NCBI GenBank assembly: GCA_002245135.1
Contig: NGBS01000293.1
Span: 434,001 to 498,000 of the forward strand
Length of the DNA: 64,000 nt
DNA from: Proteromonas lacertae
Lineage: Eukaryota
Direction of reading: 5' to 3'
The position numbers and the translations under genes were made by a program. The notes below the pieces were generated by a model. It was not told the origin of the DNA. It saw nothing but the letters and a program-made list of their open reading frames with translations, and ran no database searches. Shown here one piece after another: positions 50,269-63,399 of the stretch. How positions within the stretch are numbered: the stretch's first letter is position 1; every line of letters begins with the position of its first letter.

Positions 50269-53200
50269 ATGAAAGTTCTCATAATCATTGGTATAATTTG
50301 ATTTTATATATCGTAGCTATGAGCATGCTCATTGCTACTGCTCAAAATACTTTCAGTTACATGAATCAAAGACCAAATTACATCGTTGGCAAAGAAATTG
50401 AAGAGAATCTACCTACAGTCACTATAGAAGGAGCAACATTTTCGATAGAACCTTCCTTCAGCAGAGGTCTCTCTTTTGATGCAAAAGATGGTAAGATTAG
50501 TGGAGTACCAAGAGAAGAATATCAAGCGATATTTACAGTGACATTAACAATGGTAAATGGAAGTATTATGACCTCTGAAATAGATATAAAAGGTATAATT
50601 CGTTAATTTTTATATAATAGTTTGGGATATTCCTACTTATTTAACATGTGGCTTTTCTGAATTAGCTCATTTCAAAATAATCACAGATAGAATTGCGTGT
50701 AAGAGCAATAGAAGAGTGAGTAATTGGACATTAGACTTTGAACCAGCTGGAACATATCCAATTAGTATTAATAGCGATGGGTATTTAGAATTTACTGAAT
50801 ATGATCCATTGGCTCTATTAACGTATATATTTTTCCTGATTTTATGCAATTAGTGTTATCATAAAGGCAAGCAACCCAGCAGGAGAGTCAGTAAATAATG
50901 CTCGAATTTTAGTCAAAAAATTACCATTCCAATATGTAAGTGGTTTGAATATAGAAGCTCATCAACTTAGTTACTTTACCTGTGGTATTGATGATCAATA
51001 TGCAACAATTTTACATAGTACAGAAAAAGTATTAGATAATTTTGTTGGTTTAGATGATTATAAAAACGCATTTGATAATTGGAATTATAAATTAGATGGG
51101 TTTCTAAAATTAGATGGTGTTAAAGCATACAACTGGGGTTATACAATGGAAGCATACATCGATGTTGCAACAACTGGAAAATATACTTTTCAAATAAGAT
51201 CTGATTCAGGCAAATTTGATGTATACATTGATAATAGAAAGTCATTTTCACACCAAGAATATTATCAACCTACAAATCCAATGACATATTCAAGTAAATG
51301 TTCATTCTATGAATATATGGAACAAAATGAATATGTGACTCTTACACAAGGAAAACATACATTTAAGATAATAGGTTTATTTAGCAGAGAATATAACAGG
51401 TGTTATAGCTATAGAGGAGGACCTACAGATTGTAGTGGTAGTATGCCTGCTCAATATCCTTCAAGATTTTCATTTAAATGGAGAACTCCCAAAGGAAAGA
51501 CTGAACAAGTTCCATTTTATCAAGTTAAAGATCCATACTCTTTCGTTCATTTCTTATCATTTGAAAGTGATTATTATACTTTCCCAGTTGGTAAAAAAAT
51601 TGAAATTCCTTTTAAATTTGAAAGAGGTAAAGCAAGAGAATGTAGTGGTATTGATCCATCATTTACACTTGATTTAATGAAGAAAGTAATCACAGCAACA
51701 ATAAAAGAAGAAAAGAGTGTAGAAATGACAATTTCTTGTAAAACAGTAACCTCAAAAACAAATGAAGTGCATATAATGGTTGATGTTGTCAGTGATTATG
51801 TTAAAGGTATAGTTGCTTATTATATGAAATCTGATAATTTTGACGATACTTGTTTAACTCCCTATACAACAACCACTGAAGGAGTAACAACTGAAATTAT
51901 CAAATTTGAAAGTGATATAAATGTAGAGTTTAACCCCTTACCAGCTATTTGGGATGGTTTAACTCCCAATTTTGTAAATGAATTTGGTGTAAATTGGGAA
52001 GGATATTTGAAAATTGATAGAAATACCAATTATACATTCAAATTATCATCTTATCATGGCTCTTGGTTATCTATTGATGATAAAGAAGTAATAAACAATG
52101 GAGGAACTCATGACTGGTTATCAATTGAAAATTCAGTTAAATTGAGCACTGGATATCACTTTATTAGAGTAAATTACATGAAAAGCATTGGAGGAAGTGG
52201 TATTGAATTGAAAATGAAACAAACTTTGAAGGCTGGTGATGATTTTGAAGACATTTCAAGTTATTTATATTTTGTACCAAGGAGTTCATTTGAATATATA
52301 ACAAGTTATGCTGTTTATATTAAAGATATAAAGATTGATGATAATATAGCTTATATACATGGAAATGGTTTTTCTGTAAGTAATTGTGAATCAAATCCCA
52401 CATTACCACCTGGTTTAGAATTAACTGAAACTTGTACAATAACTGGAACACCTATCAATCCACAAGCTAAAGAAACTTATGTAATTACTGGAACTTTAAA
52501 GAATGGAGTTGTATCTAATGCTACAATTCAAATAAGTGTAATTGAAGATTTGAAACCACAAAATTTGCATGTTATTGATTTAGATAATGGAAGTGGTGGT
52601 GTAACTGTTAAAGAATTGAATTTATTGTTAGGAAATGAAAGTCATTATTTAATAGCTGTTGAAAGTGGAAATATCTTATATTATGATTTACCAGTTATAC
52701 CAAAAGGATTTACATTCAATAAACTGACAGGAAGTTTAACTGTTTTCCCAACTGAATATTTTTACAATCTGAGTTTGGAAATTCGAGCTTATTATAAAAA
52801 TGATTTATATATTTCAAAGATAATAACTGCCAATGTAACTAGTGGATGTGGTGATGGTAGTGCAGAAAGAGTCCATTTCATCAAATTAGAAAATGATTTT
52901 AGTGTAAAAAAAGATACTCTGAAAATTCAATTAAAAGATATTAATACTAATGAAATAGTATATGATTATCATTTCCAGCCAGGTAAAACTCCAATGTATT
53001 CTAAAGCTGTATGCCTTATTCCAGGTGATTTCAATTGTTATATTAAAGATAACAATGAATCTGAAGGTATTGGAAATAACTATATCTATTTTATGAATGA
53101 TGCAAAATTAGCTGATGAAATATTTATTGAAAATGATCAAATTGTTGAAACGAACTATAAATACAATTCCAAAAGCACCAATTCTAGAATATTCTGAGAA

Positions 53201-56200
53201 TGAGAAAGAAGAATATTTCTATGATGAAAGTGTATTAATTAAACCAAAATCATTTAGAGTAGTTAAAAGATGTGATATATCACCTGAATTACCATCTTGT
53301 TTATATTTTAATACTACAAACTGTATAATTAGTGGTAAAGTGGATGAAGATTCACCTATTACTAAATATAAAGTTACTGCTTATAATGATAATGGAATAA
53401 CTGAAAAATATGTTAATATTGGCTTATACAACTACACTGTGGATTATTTATGTAATAAGCTTGACAAAAGCTTGATCAAAGTGGGTGTTAATACTGAAGG
53501 AAATAAAGGATTATTTATAACCTTTTATCTATATAGAAGTAGTGATTATGATAATGATGAAGTTAAACAACCAATTATCACTTTAACTGCCTCAAATGAG
53601 GGATGGGAAGAAAATAAAGAATATATTTACACTTATTGCTTATCTGAATCTAATTTTACTGCTGTTTTTAAAAGTATATCTCCAGAAGGTGGATATGGAA
53701 ATGGTTATGTAAATATCTCCATTAATAACATCCCAATAACCAAAATATCATTAGAAAACAATATAAAAGAAGAAATCGAAAGAATTAATTCAATCACTGA
53801 TTTTAATTATACTAGTGAATGGGAATATTCAAATGATTATGAAGATGGATGGGATGAAATAAAAAAAGCCGTTTCAACAACATGGAAAACATCAAAATTG
53901 CATGAATTAAAGGATAAATTTGATGTTAATAAGAATAGTGTATATATAAGAAAAATCAATATATACAAAGATACTGAATATTATTCAGCATTTAGTATAA
54001 AAGTGAGTTATAGAAGTGGAATTATCATTAAAATGAACGATAAAGAATTATTCAGGAATAACTTACCTGACAATATAGAAATTACTCCAGACACATTAGC
54101 TACTAGTATTTATGATGAATTAGTAAATGAAGTGTTTATATTACCAATTCCATGGTTAGAAATAGAAGAAGAAGAAGAAGAAGAAAGAACAATAATTTCT
54201 ATCGAATTACATAAACATAAAGATGAAGAAAATTTCCCAGAAATTGAAGCTTCATTATTAAGAATAATAGGAAGTGAAAAAGATTGTTTAATTATCAATA
54301 AATATTCTGATCCAATCACTGAGACTAACACTGAAGTAACTGGTGATAAGAAAGTAGCTAATGGATTTGATAATAATCCAAATACTGAATGGTCCTATGA
54401 TTCTACACCACCAATATGGGCTATAATGCCATTTAATACACATTATCATACATATTTCACTCAATTTGGAGTTATCACTAATCCATATTTTAAACTAAAC
54501 AGTTTTACAATGGAAGTACTATATAATAATAATGAATGGATTAAATTAGGAGATTTTGAGAATGTTGATTATAATTATAATAAAGTATATTTTACTAATT
54601 ATAACACTACAAACAGTTATAAAGCAATTAGATTCAGTACAAATGAAAAAATGGCAAGTTTAATGGATTTGAATTTGAATTTATGTCCAGTAAGATATTG
54701 TAAAGCAATTGAAGGTTTACTCCCCAAAACAATCATTGGAAATGAAGTAACAATAGATTGTGGAGATATTTCCATTCCTGGAAATAGAACTTTCTACTGT
54801 AAAAACGATAAACAATGGGAAGAAAAGAGTAATGATTGTCAAGTCAAGCCTACAGTTGTTTATCAAGAAAGTAAATATAGTTTTAAAGCTGGTGGTTATT
54901 ATGATGATATTGAATTATTTGTAGTTTCAGGACCAAATTTGACATATTCAATGAATCCTATAATTGGGGGTTTGAGAATTGATGAATTTTCTGGAAAAAT
55001 CTCAGGCCAACCTTACAAAGAAGAGAGTGAACAAATAATTCATTTTAAAGTGATAAATTCTTATTTACCGGAAGGAATAATCATTGATATTCCAATAACA
55101 GTATTACCTTCAAATGAACCAATCATTATTTGGACAAATAATTCAATTTCATTAGAAGCTGGAAATGAATATAATGATTTAAGATTATTCTATCTTACAG
55201 GACTAAACATCACTTACAGTGTTAAAAAATTACCAAATGGTTTAAGAATAGATTCTAAAAGTGGTTTAATTAGTGGAATTCCAACTGAAGAAACAACCAA
55301 CATGAATTGTCTATTTAAAGCTGAAAATTCATATTTAACTTCTTTACCTCCACAAGAGTTTTATATAATGATGAATATTACATTACCATCAATTCCTAAA
55401 ACTATTACGTATGAACCAGAAATGGATTTGATATTCTTTATGCAATATGAAGTGTTAAGACCATATAAATGTGTAGCTAAAACAATAAAATATTCAGTAG
55501 AACCTAGATTACCTGACGGATTAGAAATTGATGAAAATAGTGGAAAGATAAGTGGAAAAGTGAATGTAGAGCCATCTGAAGATAAAATTTATACATTTAA
55601 ATGTTATAATGAAAATGGAGAACTATCAAATCCAATCAAAATTCATATAGGATACTCAATCAAACCAATTATCATCACTAATATTAATCAATTAACAATT
55701 GAAGGAGGAAAAGAATATAAAGATATAAATATTAGCAGAGTAACAGGTAATAGTTTAATATATCAAATCACTCCAGAATTAAGACCAGAAACATTAAAGT
55801 TTAACACACAAAGTGGTACAATAAGTGGATATATAACCAAGAAACATGAAGATATAAATGAAACTGTTACAATTAGTGGAAGTGGTGAACAAGTGTCTTT
55901 TACATTTTTACTATCTTATGAAGTGCCAAATGAGCCTGTGATTATTCCATCCACTAAAAAAGAGAATGTAACTTTAGATTTTAATAATGAAATTAAATCC
56001 TTCCCTCTTTTTGTTCCTGTAGGTGATAATATTCATATTACAGTCCAACCTGATTTACCAAAAGGAATAAAATTAGATGAAAAAACTGCCTCCATATCTG
56101 GTTATCCATTAGAATATACTCAAGAAAGAATATATATCTTCACAGTGAAGAACCCACCATCTGACAAAGAAGAGATTATTGAAATAAAAATTGGATTTAA

Positions 56201-56570
56201 AGCTATATTTTGTGAAGCAGATTCTGGTTTTCCAAAAACACCAGCAGAAGTTGGCGGAAGAATAGTTTCAATAAAATGTGGAAGTGGTAAAAGTGGAATG
56301 AAAATAAGGCAATGTTTATTAACAGATGAGAATAAAGGTGTATGGTCCATAATCGATGATAGCCAATGTAAAATGAGTGATGGTGTAATTGCTGGAATTG
56401 CGTCTGGTTCTGTTGCTATTGGACTTTTGATTGTTTTCTTAATTATATGCTTATTTGTTAGAACTGGAATGCATAGAAGAAGAGCAAGATCAAGATCAAA
56501 ATCAACTACATTAGATAAATATCAGAAAAATATATCACAGAAACAGTCAGCTGAAGGAGTGAGAATTTAA
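50269..56570 (+). CDS. Type I membrane protein of ~2000 aa: signal peptide, many He_PIG/Ig-like repeats, two PA14-like domains, C-terminal TM; 3 introns and a 1-nt frameshift at ~53150
   Basis: Signal peptide MKVLIIIAMSMLIATA and repeated LPxGLxIDxxSGxISG. PA14-like FGVNWEGYLKI...YTFKLSSYHGSWLSIDDKEVINNGGTH. TM segment GVIAGIASGSVAIGLLIVFLIICLFV followed by a basic tail. Confidence 0.85.
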
Positions 56571-56668
56571 ATATTAAGATTTATATTGTTATGTTTAATA
56601 ACATGTTTATACTTAATACCAATTTTACAACAACAAAAGAAGGTTATAATATTTTACTAATCAGATAA

Positions 56669-57818
56669 TTAACTCAAAAATTTCTTGTTTAATAAGCTAT
56701 TACTTACGAATTTCATCACGATATCTCTGTATATCTGTTCAGCATTTGGAACATCAATTTTTAACTCTTTCATCACATTCTCAGTCTAATTAAAGTAAAT
56801 AATAATAATATATATATTATACAGCTACACGAGCAATACCCATTTCAAATTGATCTTGAGATATAACACAGCTGTGTAATAACGATGTAATTAATTTTAC
56901 CATTTCTTCTCTATCTTTCTCTTTAAAATCCATAGACTGTGTAACAAATCTTTTAACCACCTCATGATGGTATAATGGACATTCTAAATTCTTTATTGCC
57001 TCAGTTGCCTGTTTAATGTCATAACTGTGAAAAAAATCACGAATTATTCCATCTAATGCACATTTTACATCAGCAATACTTGAAGGACCCCAAATTGTCT
57101 CTAATCGAACAATTCCCATTTTCATTGACAATAATATTTTGGCATGACGAATTGCTGGTGAATTTTGAAACTCTGGGTGTGCGAAAAATCTGGGTGGTAA
57201 AATATCATCTGCTGCTGCTCTACCCATAAAATTACCTAACTTTTCTGATACATCTGGTACATCAATCTTTAAATCGTTTTCTTCTTTTAAAAGGCAGTAG
57301 AAACCTATTTCTATATCTCTCATAGTTACAACTTTACCATATAAAAGGGATAATAATCTTGAAACTAATTCTTTACCTTGATTAGGTAGATCTAAACCAA
57401 TTGATACGACTTTTTTAACTATTTGATAACGGTAGTTACTACGTTCAATTTCACTGACTGATCGCATGAATTCTACTCCATCTCCTGAAGATAAGAATTC
57501 CTCAACTATTTCGAGTAAATGTTTCTTGAAATTCTTAAAATCTGCATTGTCTGGATCTATTAAATATTCTTCAAACTCTGCAATTGTTATTTCTACAGGT
57601 TTTACTACTTCATATTCCACATATAAATCATCATCCTATTTAAACAGTATTAGTTAATTAATTTCATATACCTCATCAACATAATTTGGATCACCAGGTT
57701 GATCTTTAGGGATATTGAGTTCATCACCTGGTTTACCAAAAGTGAACTTACCTCCTGCTCCTCCTTTCTTTACACCTTTCATGACGCTTTTGCTTCCCAT
57801 TTTAACACTTAATGACAT
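56669..57818 (-). CDS. PDCD4-like MA3-domain protein, 2 introns
   Basis: KGGAGGKFTFGKPGDE, DPNY, and two MA3 domains (DLKIDVP, FMGRAAADDILPP, YHHEVVKR). Confidence 0.9.
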
Positions 57819-57884
57819 TCTATAAACAAAGATATATAATAAGGCTTGAATTATGTTTGAAACATGTTTGGGCTTGATAACTTC

Positions 57885-60095
57885 AAGTTTTGGGGTTATT
57901 CAAAATTTTGATAAAAATTGAATTTCGTTATTTTTGTTATATATTTACATAAAGATGATAATAAAAGTGAATAAAAGAATAAGAGAAGAGGGGTATGTTT
58001 TATATTTATTTTTATGATAGATTATGTCGAAAATTGGCTGAAAGTGGTTTTGGTGATATAGAAGTGAAGATTGGAAATAATCGAATAATGTCAATCAAGT
58101 CAATTTTAGTGAATGGAAATGAAACTGCTAAAGAAACTGTTAGTTAGATCGTGAGTTTGTCGGAGTTTTGGAGTTATATGAAGAAATCGAAGAAATTGGC
58201 TATTATGAGATGGAGAAATACTACAGTGGTGGTGAACTGATAATCTGTAAAGAGAGTGTATGTGAAGTGTTGATGTTTTGTTTATGTTATAGTGAAAAAG
58301 AGATAATAAATGATTGTTATGAATTTAGTGAAGAATAATATAGATGATGAAGTATTAATGAAATTAATTCATATATGTAATGTATTTGGTGGATGTTTGA
58401 GAGAGATAGAAGACTTGAAAAATATGGAAATAGAAAAGCGAGGATATAAATATTTATATAAGAATGAATATTTGCTGAGATTAGAAATGAATAATTTGAT
58501 TGAGATATTAAATATGAAAGATGTGATAATTCGAAGTGAATGAGTTATGGTTATTAAATCGGTTATTGGAATGGTATAAATTCCAAAAGAATAAGAAAGA
58601 TAATGAAAGAGATAGAAGATGATTTTAAACATTTGATAGAAGAAGATATCGATTGTGAAAAGATAAAAGAGAAAGAGATAGAAAAAGAGAATAAAGAAAT
58701 GTTGAAAGAAATGAAAATAGAATTAAAGAAAAATGAATGTAAAAATCATATAGAAATATATTTAATAAAAGATGAGATAATTCAAAATGTAATAATCAAC
58801 AATTACAATGAAGATAATAAAGAAGAAGACTTTAATGAAGAAGAAAGAGGAATATTGGATAGAATGAAAGAAGAAGAATTGAATGATGAAATAATGATGT
58901 ATATTAGAAATGAATAATATAAAAATGATGGAAATAGTATTGATGATAATGAAATATAAAAATATGAAAATGGAAAGTATAAATACTAAAAATATAATTA
59001 AATAGAATATATCTCAAATATCGGAAAAGAGAAATCTATGTTTGATAGATTATGTATGGAATATAATGAGAATAAAAGAAATCGAACAATGAAATGTTTA
59101 TGTTTGATTTGTTGATGATAAAAAGAATATTTCAATAATAGAAGAAGTATGTGGAAAAGAAATTCTTTTTAGAATATTGAATGAAGATAATTATTTAAAC
59201 TCCAAATCCAAAGAATTATTAATGGAGTATATAAAAGAGAATAAACTGAGTTTCGAAGAAGAAGAAGAAATGATAGAAATAATAAAAGATAAAGAATTAT
59301 TGAGTGAATTAAAAACCAAAGAAATCACATCATTTTCATATCCTCAATCAGAACATTCATTTATATTAAATGAAGAAATCTCTATAATTCCTTCATTAGA
59401 TGGAAATCGATGTGAATTTTCAATCAATCCTTCCATTGCCTAGATGGAATGATGATAGATAAAGAAAATGGAATAATTCATGGAAAAATGAATAAAGAAA
59501 TCGAAAAGAGAGAATATGAAATAATCTGTAAGAATATTGCTAAATGAAAAGAAAATCAAAATATCATTAGAATGTGATGATAGGAAAATTTACAGAATTA
59601 AATAAGAATTCCAATATTACAATATCTAATGATGGTAAAGTAATGAGAAGTACAAATGCATGTTGGAATTCATTACCATTGTTACTTGAATGTTGAAGAT
59701 AGGAAAATGGAGTTTATCATATCAAATATAAATTTCATAAAGGGAATTATGATTATATTTGTTAGGACTATCAACTAGATAATACATATACAGGAATTAA
59801 TATTTATAATCAATCAACAACATGTAATTATGTCGCATCTTATGGTAATAGTAAAGAGATTACTAAATATTGTCATATTGGAAGAGCTATTAATAAAAAT
59901 CCTCATTTCAATAATCATGGAGATGGCTCAATTTATGAAGTGATTGTTGATATGAATAAAAGAGAATTTTGGATAAGTCATAATAATTCATCTCCTGCAT
60001 TGCTTGTTGAAGATTTACCTTCTCCATTATATTCATATGCGGTGTTAGGTGGATATATTTCAATTGAATTATTATCAGTTTATCATCAAGATTAA
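57885..60095 (+). pseudogene. BTB-BACK-Ig-SPRY family copy 4 (ATG 57955), full length but with many small insertions; pseudogene or unpolished consensus
   Basis: Colinear with copies 2 and 3, including both introns. It has more than 10 small insertions (e.g. aaactgCtaaag, ctgttAgttag, gaatttAgtgaag). Confidence 0.75.
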
Positions 60096-60584
60096 ATATC
60101 ACTTTTAATATTAACATCACTATTTTACATAAATTTTTGTATTTATTATGACTATAATTTATAAACCGCAATATGTTTATAAATAGGCTAACATTTTGCT
60201 AAATTTTATTCACCACATGATTTACCAAATATAAATTCACTTGGTGATCCTATCTTCTTCACATCTCTCATAATCCCCTATTGTATCCTTTCTAACACTT
60301 CTAATTACGGCAAAAAATGAAATATAAAAAGTGGCATAAAAAGAAATGAGACGAATATTGGCTTGACATCTAAAAATTCATTTTATCAATTTCTCTTCAC
60401 TGAAGTTTTATTTACTTAGTCAAATACATATAATGAGTATGTTTCTGTTGGGCTTTCTTTTGACTACCTTAAAAATAAATAGAATTCACTTTATAAGAAT
60501 ATATCCACATTTTGGCATTTCTATGTTTGATTTGATAAGACATTTTATAAATTTGTGTTTTTTTAAACTAAGAACATTATACTA

Positions 60585-63280
60585 ATGCAAAAAAGCAAGT
60601 CAAAATCACAAAGACATAAAGATGATGTTGCTCCTGAACCGCCAGCTCAAAAGAAGCTGGAAATCCCAATATTACCAGTTCCTAGTAAAAGAAGACTTCC
60701 ACCTTTGGTAGTGAACAAAGCTGATGAAGAATTGAAGAAAGATCCAGCACTGCTCAATACTTTGAAGAAATGTGTAAATAGCATTATATCCAAAAGAAAG
60801 ATGAGTGTTAGAAATTATATAAGAACATGGAACATACTTGATACAAAGTTAGAGAGTGTATATGAATTTTAAAATTGATAATTTATTGAAAATTATAGGA
60901 AATAATAGAGTCTGAGCATAGCACAAAGAAGATATCATTTAAGCAAGCTGCTTTAGCTACATTTTTTACAATAAAATCAAAGAAATCAAATCAATTCTTT
61001 GTATCTTATAAACCAATACCAGTCCCAAGTGATTATGATGGAGTGACAGTCTCATTTCCATTAGAAATAGCCAATATAATGAAAGTAATGGAATCTTTGA
61101 AAAAAGGAGGTATATTTCTCTTTATATTTCAAAAATAGATATAATTCATAGTAATTTTATAATGAAAATAATACATGACGTAGGAAGGTATTATTTACAT
61201 CAAGCAAATGTTCAATATATTCATACTGAAGAGAATCATAAAATAACAATCGTTGGTGATTTACATGGTCAATTACAAGATTTATTTACCATATTTCAAT
61301 TGAATGGTTTGCCATCTCCAAATAATATTTACGTATTTAATGGAGATTTTGTAGATCGAGGCGAAAATGGTGTAGAAGTGTTTTTTATATTATGTTGTTT
61401 CAAATTATTATATGAAAATAGTGTATATTTAAATCGTGGAAATCATGAAAGTATGAATATGAATCTTCACTTTGGATTTCGAGATGAAGTATATATGAAA
61501 TATCCTGAATGTAAAGAAGTGATGTATCGATTATTCAATGATGTATTTAACACCTTACCATTAGTAACATTGATAAATGAAAGAGTATTTATAGTTCATG
61601 GTGGAATAGGTGGTTTAAAAGATATAAATCTAAATCAAATAAATGAGATAAATGTATATTTATTATTGCTGTTATTATTACTATAGAGATTCCGTGAAGT
61701 TCCATTAGATCGAGCATCTTTAGAAAATGAAATATTTGAATGCTTATTATGGAGTGATCCAAGACCAAGTAATGATCATCCAGATATTGTATAATAATAA
61801 TAATAATTATTATTATTAATTAGATGAATGAATATTTCAAGCCAAGCAGTAGAGGTGCTGGATATGAATGGAGTTATCATTTATCTTCATTATTTTGCTT
61901 GTCAAATTGCTTAAATTATATTGTTCGATCTCATGAATGTGTTGATGAAGGTTATGAGATATTACATCAGAATTTAGTTATTACTATATTTTCAGCTTCA
62001 TTTTATTGTAATACTAATAACAATAAAGGTTCATTTATGAAGATAGATGATAGTTTAAGTCCTCAGATTCAACAATATTATAGTGATTCAATAGATAGAA
62101 CAGATATATCTCATAAAATGAAAAGTCAAGTTGAGAATCTAAAGAAAGATGTTTTAGAAAAATTGAAAGAAATAATTGTAACATATAAAGCTGATTTATA
62201 TGAATGGTATCAACAAGTAGATAAGACAAGATCTGGTTATATAACAAAATATGAATGGGCTTATAGTTTATATACCACAACTAAACTTGAAATTCCTTTT
62301 ATATCATATGCTAAAGAGTTAGTGAAAATTGAAGAAAATGGTAAAATCAAATATAATGATTTCTTAGATCGTTATATATTAGATGTGAAAGGATTAGATA
62401 AAAATTGGTATGAAAATATTTTAATGAAAATATGTAAGAAATTGTTATTAACATGTTCATCTTTAACAAAAGCATTTGAGAAATTTGATAAAAATGGAGA
62501 TGGAATAATTGATTATAATGAATTTGTTTCAGTAATAAAATCAATAAATCTTGATTTATCTAAAAGACAAATATATGAATTAATGAGATATTTAGATAGT
62601 AAAAGAGATAATAAGATAAATTATCGAGAATTTGCTGAAAAAGTAAAAATCACCTTTTCTTCATTAAAAACTTCTAATAGAAATGATCCTTGGATTCAAT
62701 CATCATTCTCAAAAGTATTTTATATTTATATATTTCTCTAATATTATATATTAATAATAATTAGATTGGTGAGAAACTATTCAGTAGCAAAACTCCACTT
62801 AAAGAAATATTTGATGAATTTGATGAGAATAAAGATAATCAATTGAATGAAGAAGAGTTTATAAAATCAATAAAGAAATTAAATTTAGATTTTAGTGATG
62901 ATGATTTAATAAAAATCTACAATGCAGTTGATGTAGATTCTTCTGGTTCATTAAACTATGAAGAATTCACAAATGCATTTCAAATCTCTTTAAATGATTT
63001 AATTTATGGTTATAGAATTCCAGAGAATTTAGTGTTAGAATTATATAAGAATCGAAGACAGTTACAATCTTTATTCAAATATGCTGATAGAAATAATGAA
63101 CATAAATTAAAGAACGATATATTCTTTCAAGTAATTCAAACATTTGCTGGATTACATGAATTACCATTTTCTACTGATAATATAAATGATATAATTAATT
63201 ATATGGATCAAGATAAAGATGGATTTGTAGATTATTATGAATTCTGCATAGCTTTTCAGGTGATTGATATGGACGCTTAG
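60585..63280 (+). CDS. PPEF: PPP-family Ser/Thr phosphatase with C-terminal EF-hands (PPEF/RdgC-like), 5 introns
   Basis: GDLHGQ, GDFVDRG, RGNHE, HGG, LLWSDP, RSHE and TIFSASFY, followed by several EF-hands (DKNGDGIIDYNEF, DVDSSGSLNYEEF, DQDKDGFVDYYEF). Confidence 0.92.
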
Positions 63281-63399
63281 AATTATTGTAATACCGTTAA
63301 AATATTTTCTATTATGATATGTTAAATTGTTTTGTTTTTTAAATTTCATTAAATAAGTTTGATTGCTGTTTGAGACACATTTTTTGGTATTTCACAAAA

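Noticed and set aside
53115..53197. Two overlapping genes or a programmed frameshift in the Ig protein
   Set aside because: Removing one base near GAAACGA gives a continuous sequence. Similar indels at ~8765, ~22996, ~40585 and ~41688 point to consensus errors.
58030..59790. RNA editing or programmed frameshifting in BTB copy 4
   Set aside because: Many random small insertions confined to a multicopy repeat fit unpolished long-read error or ordinary decay better.
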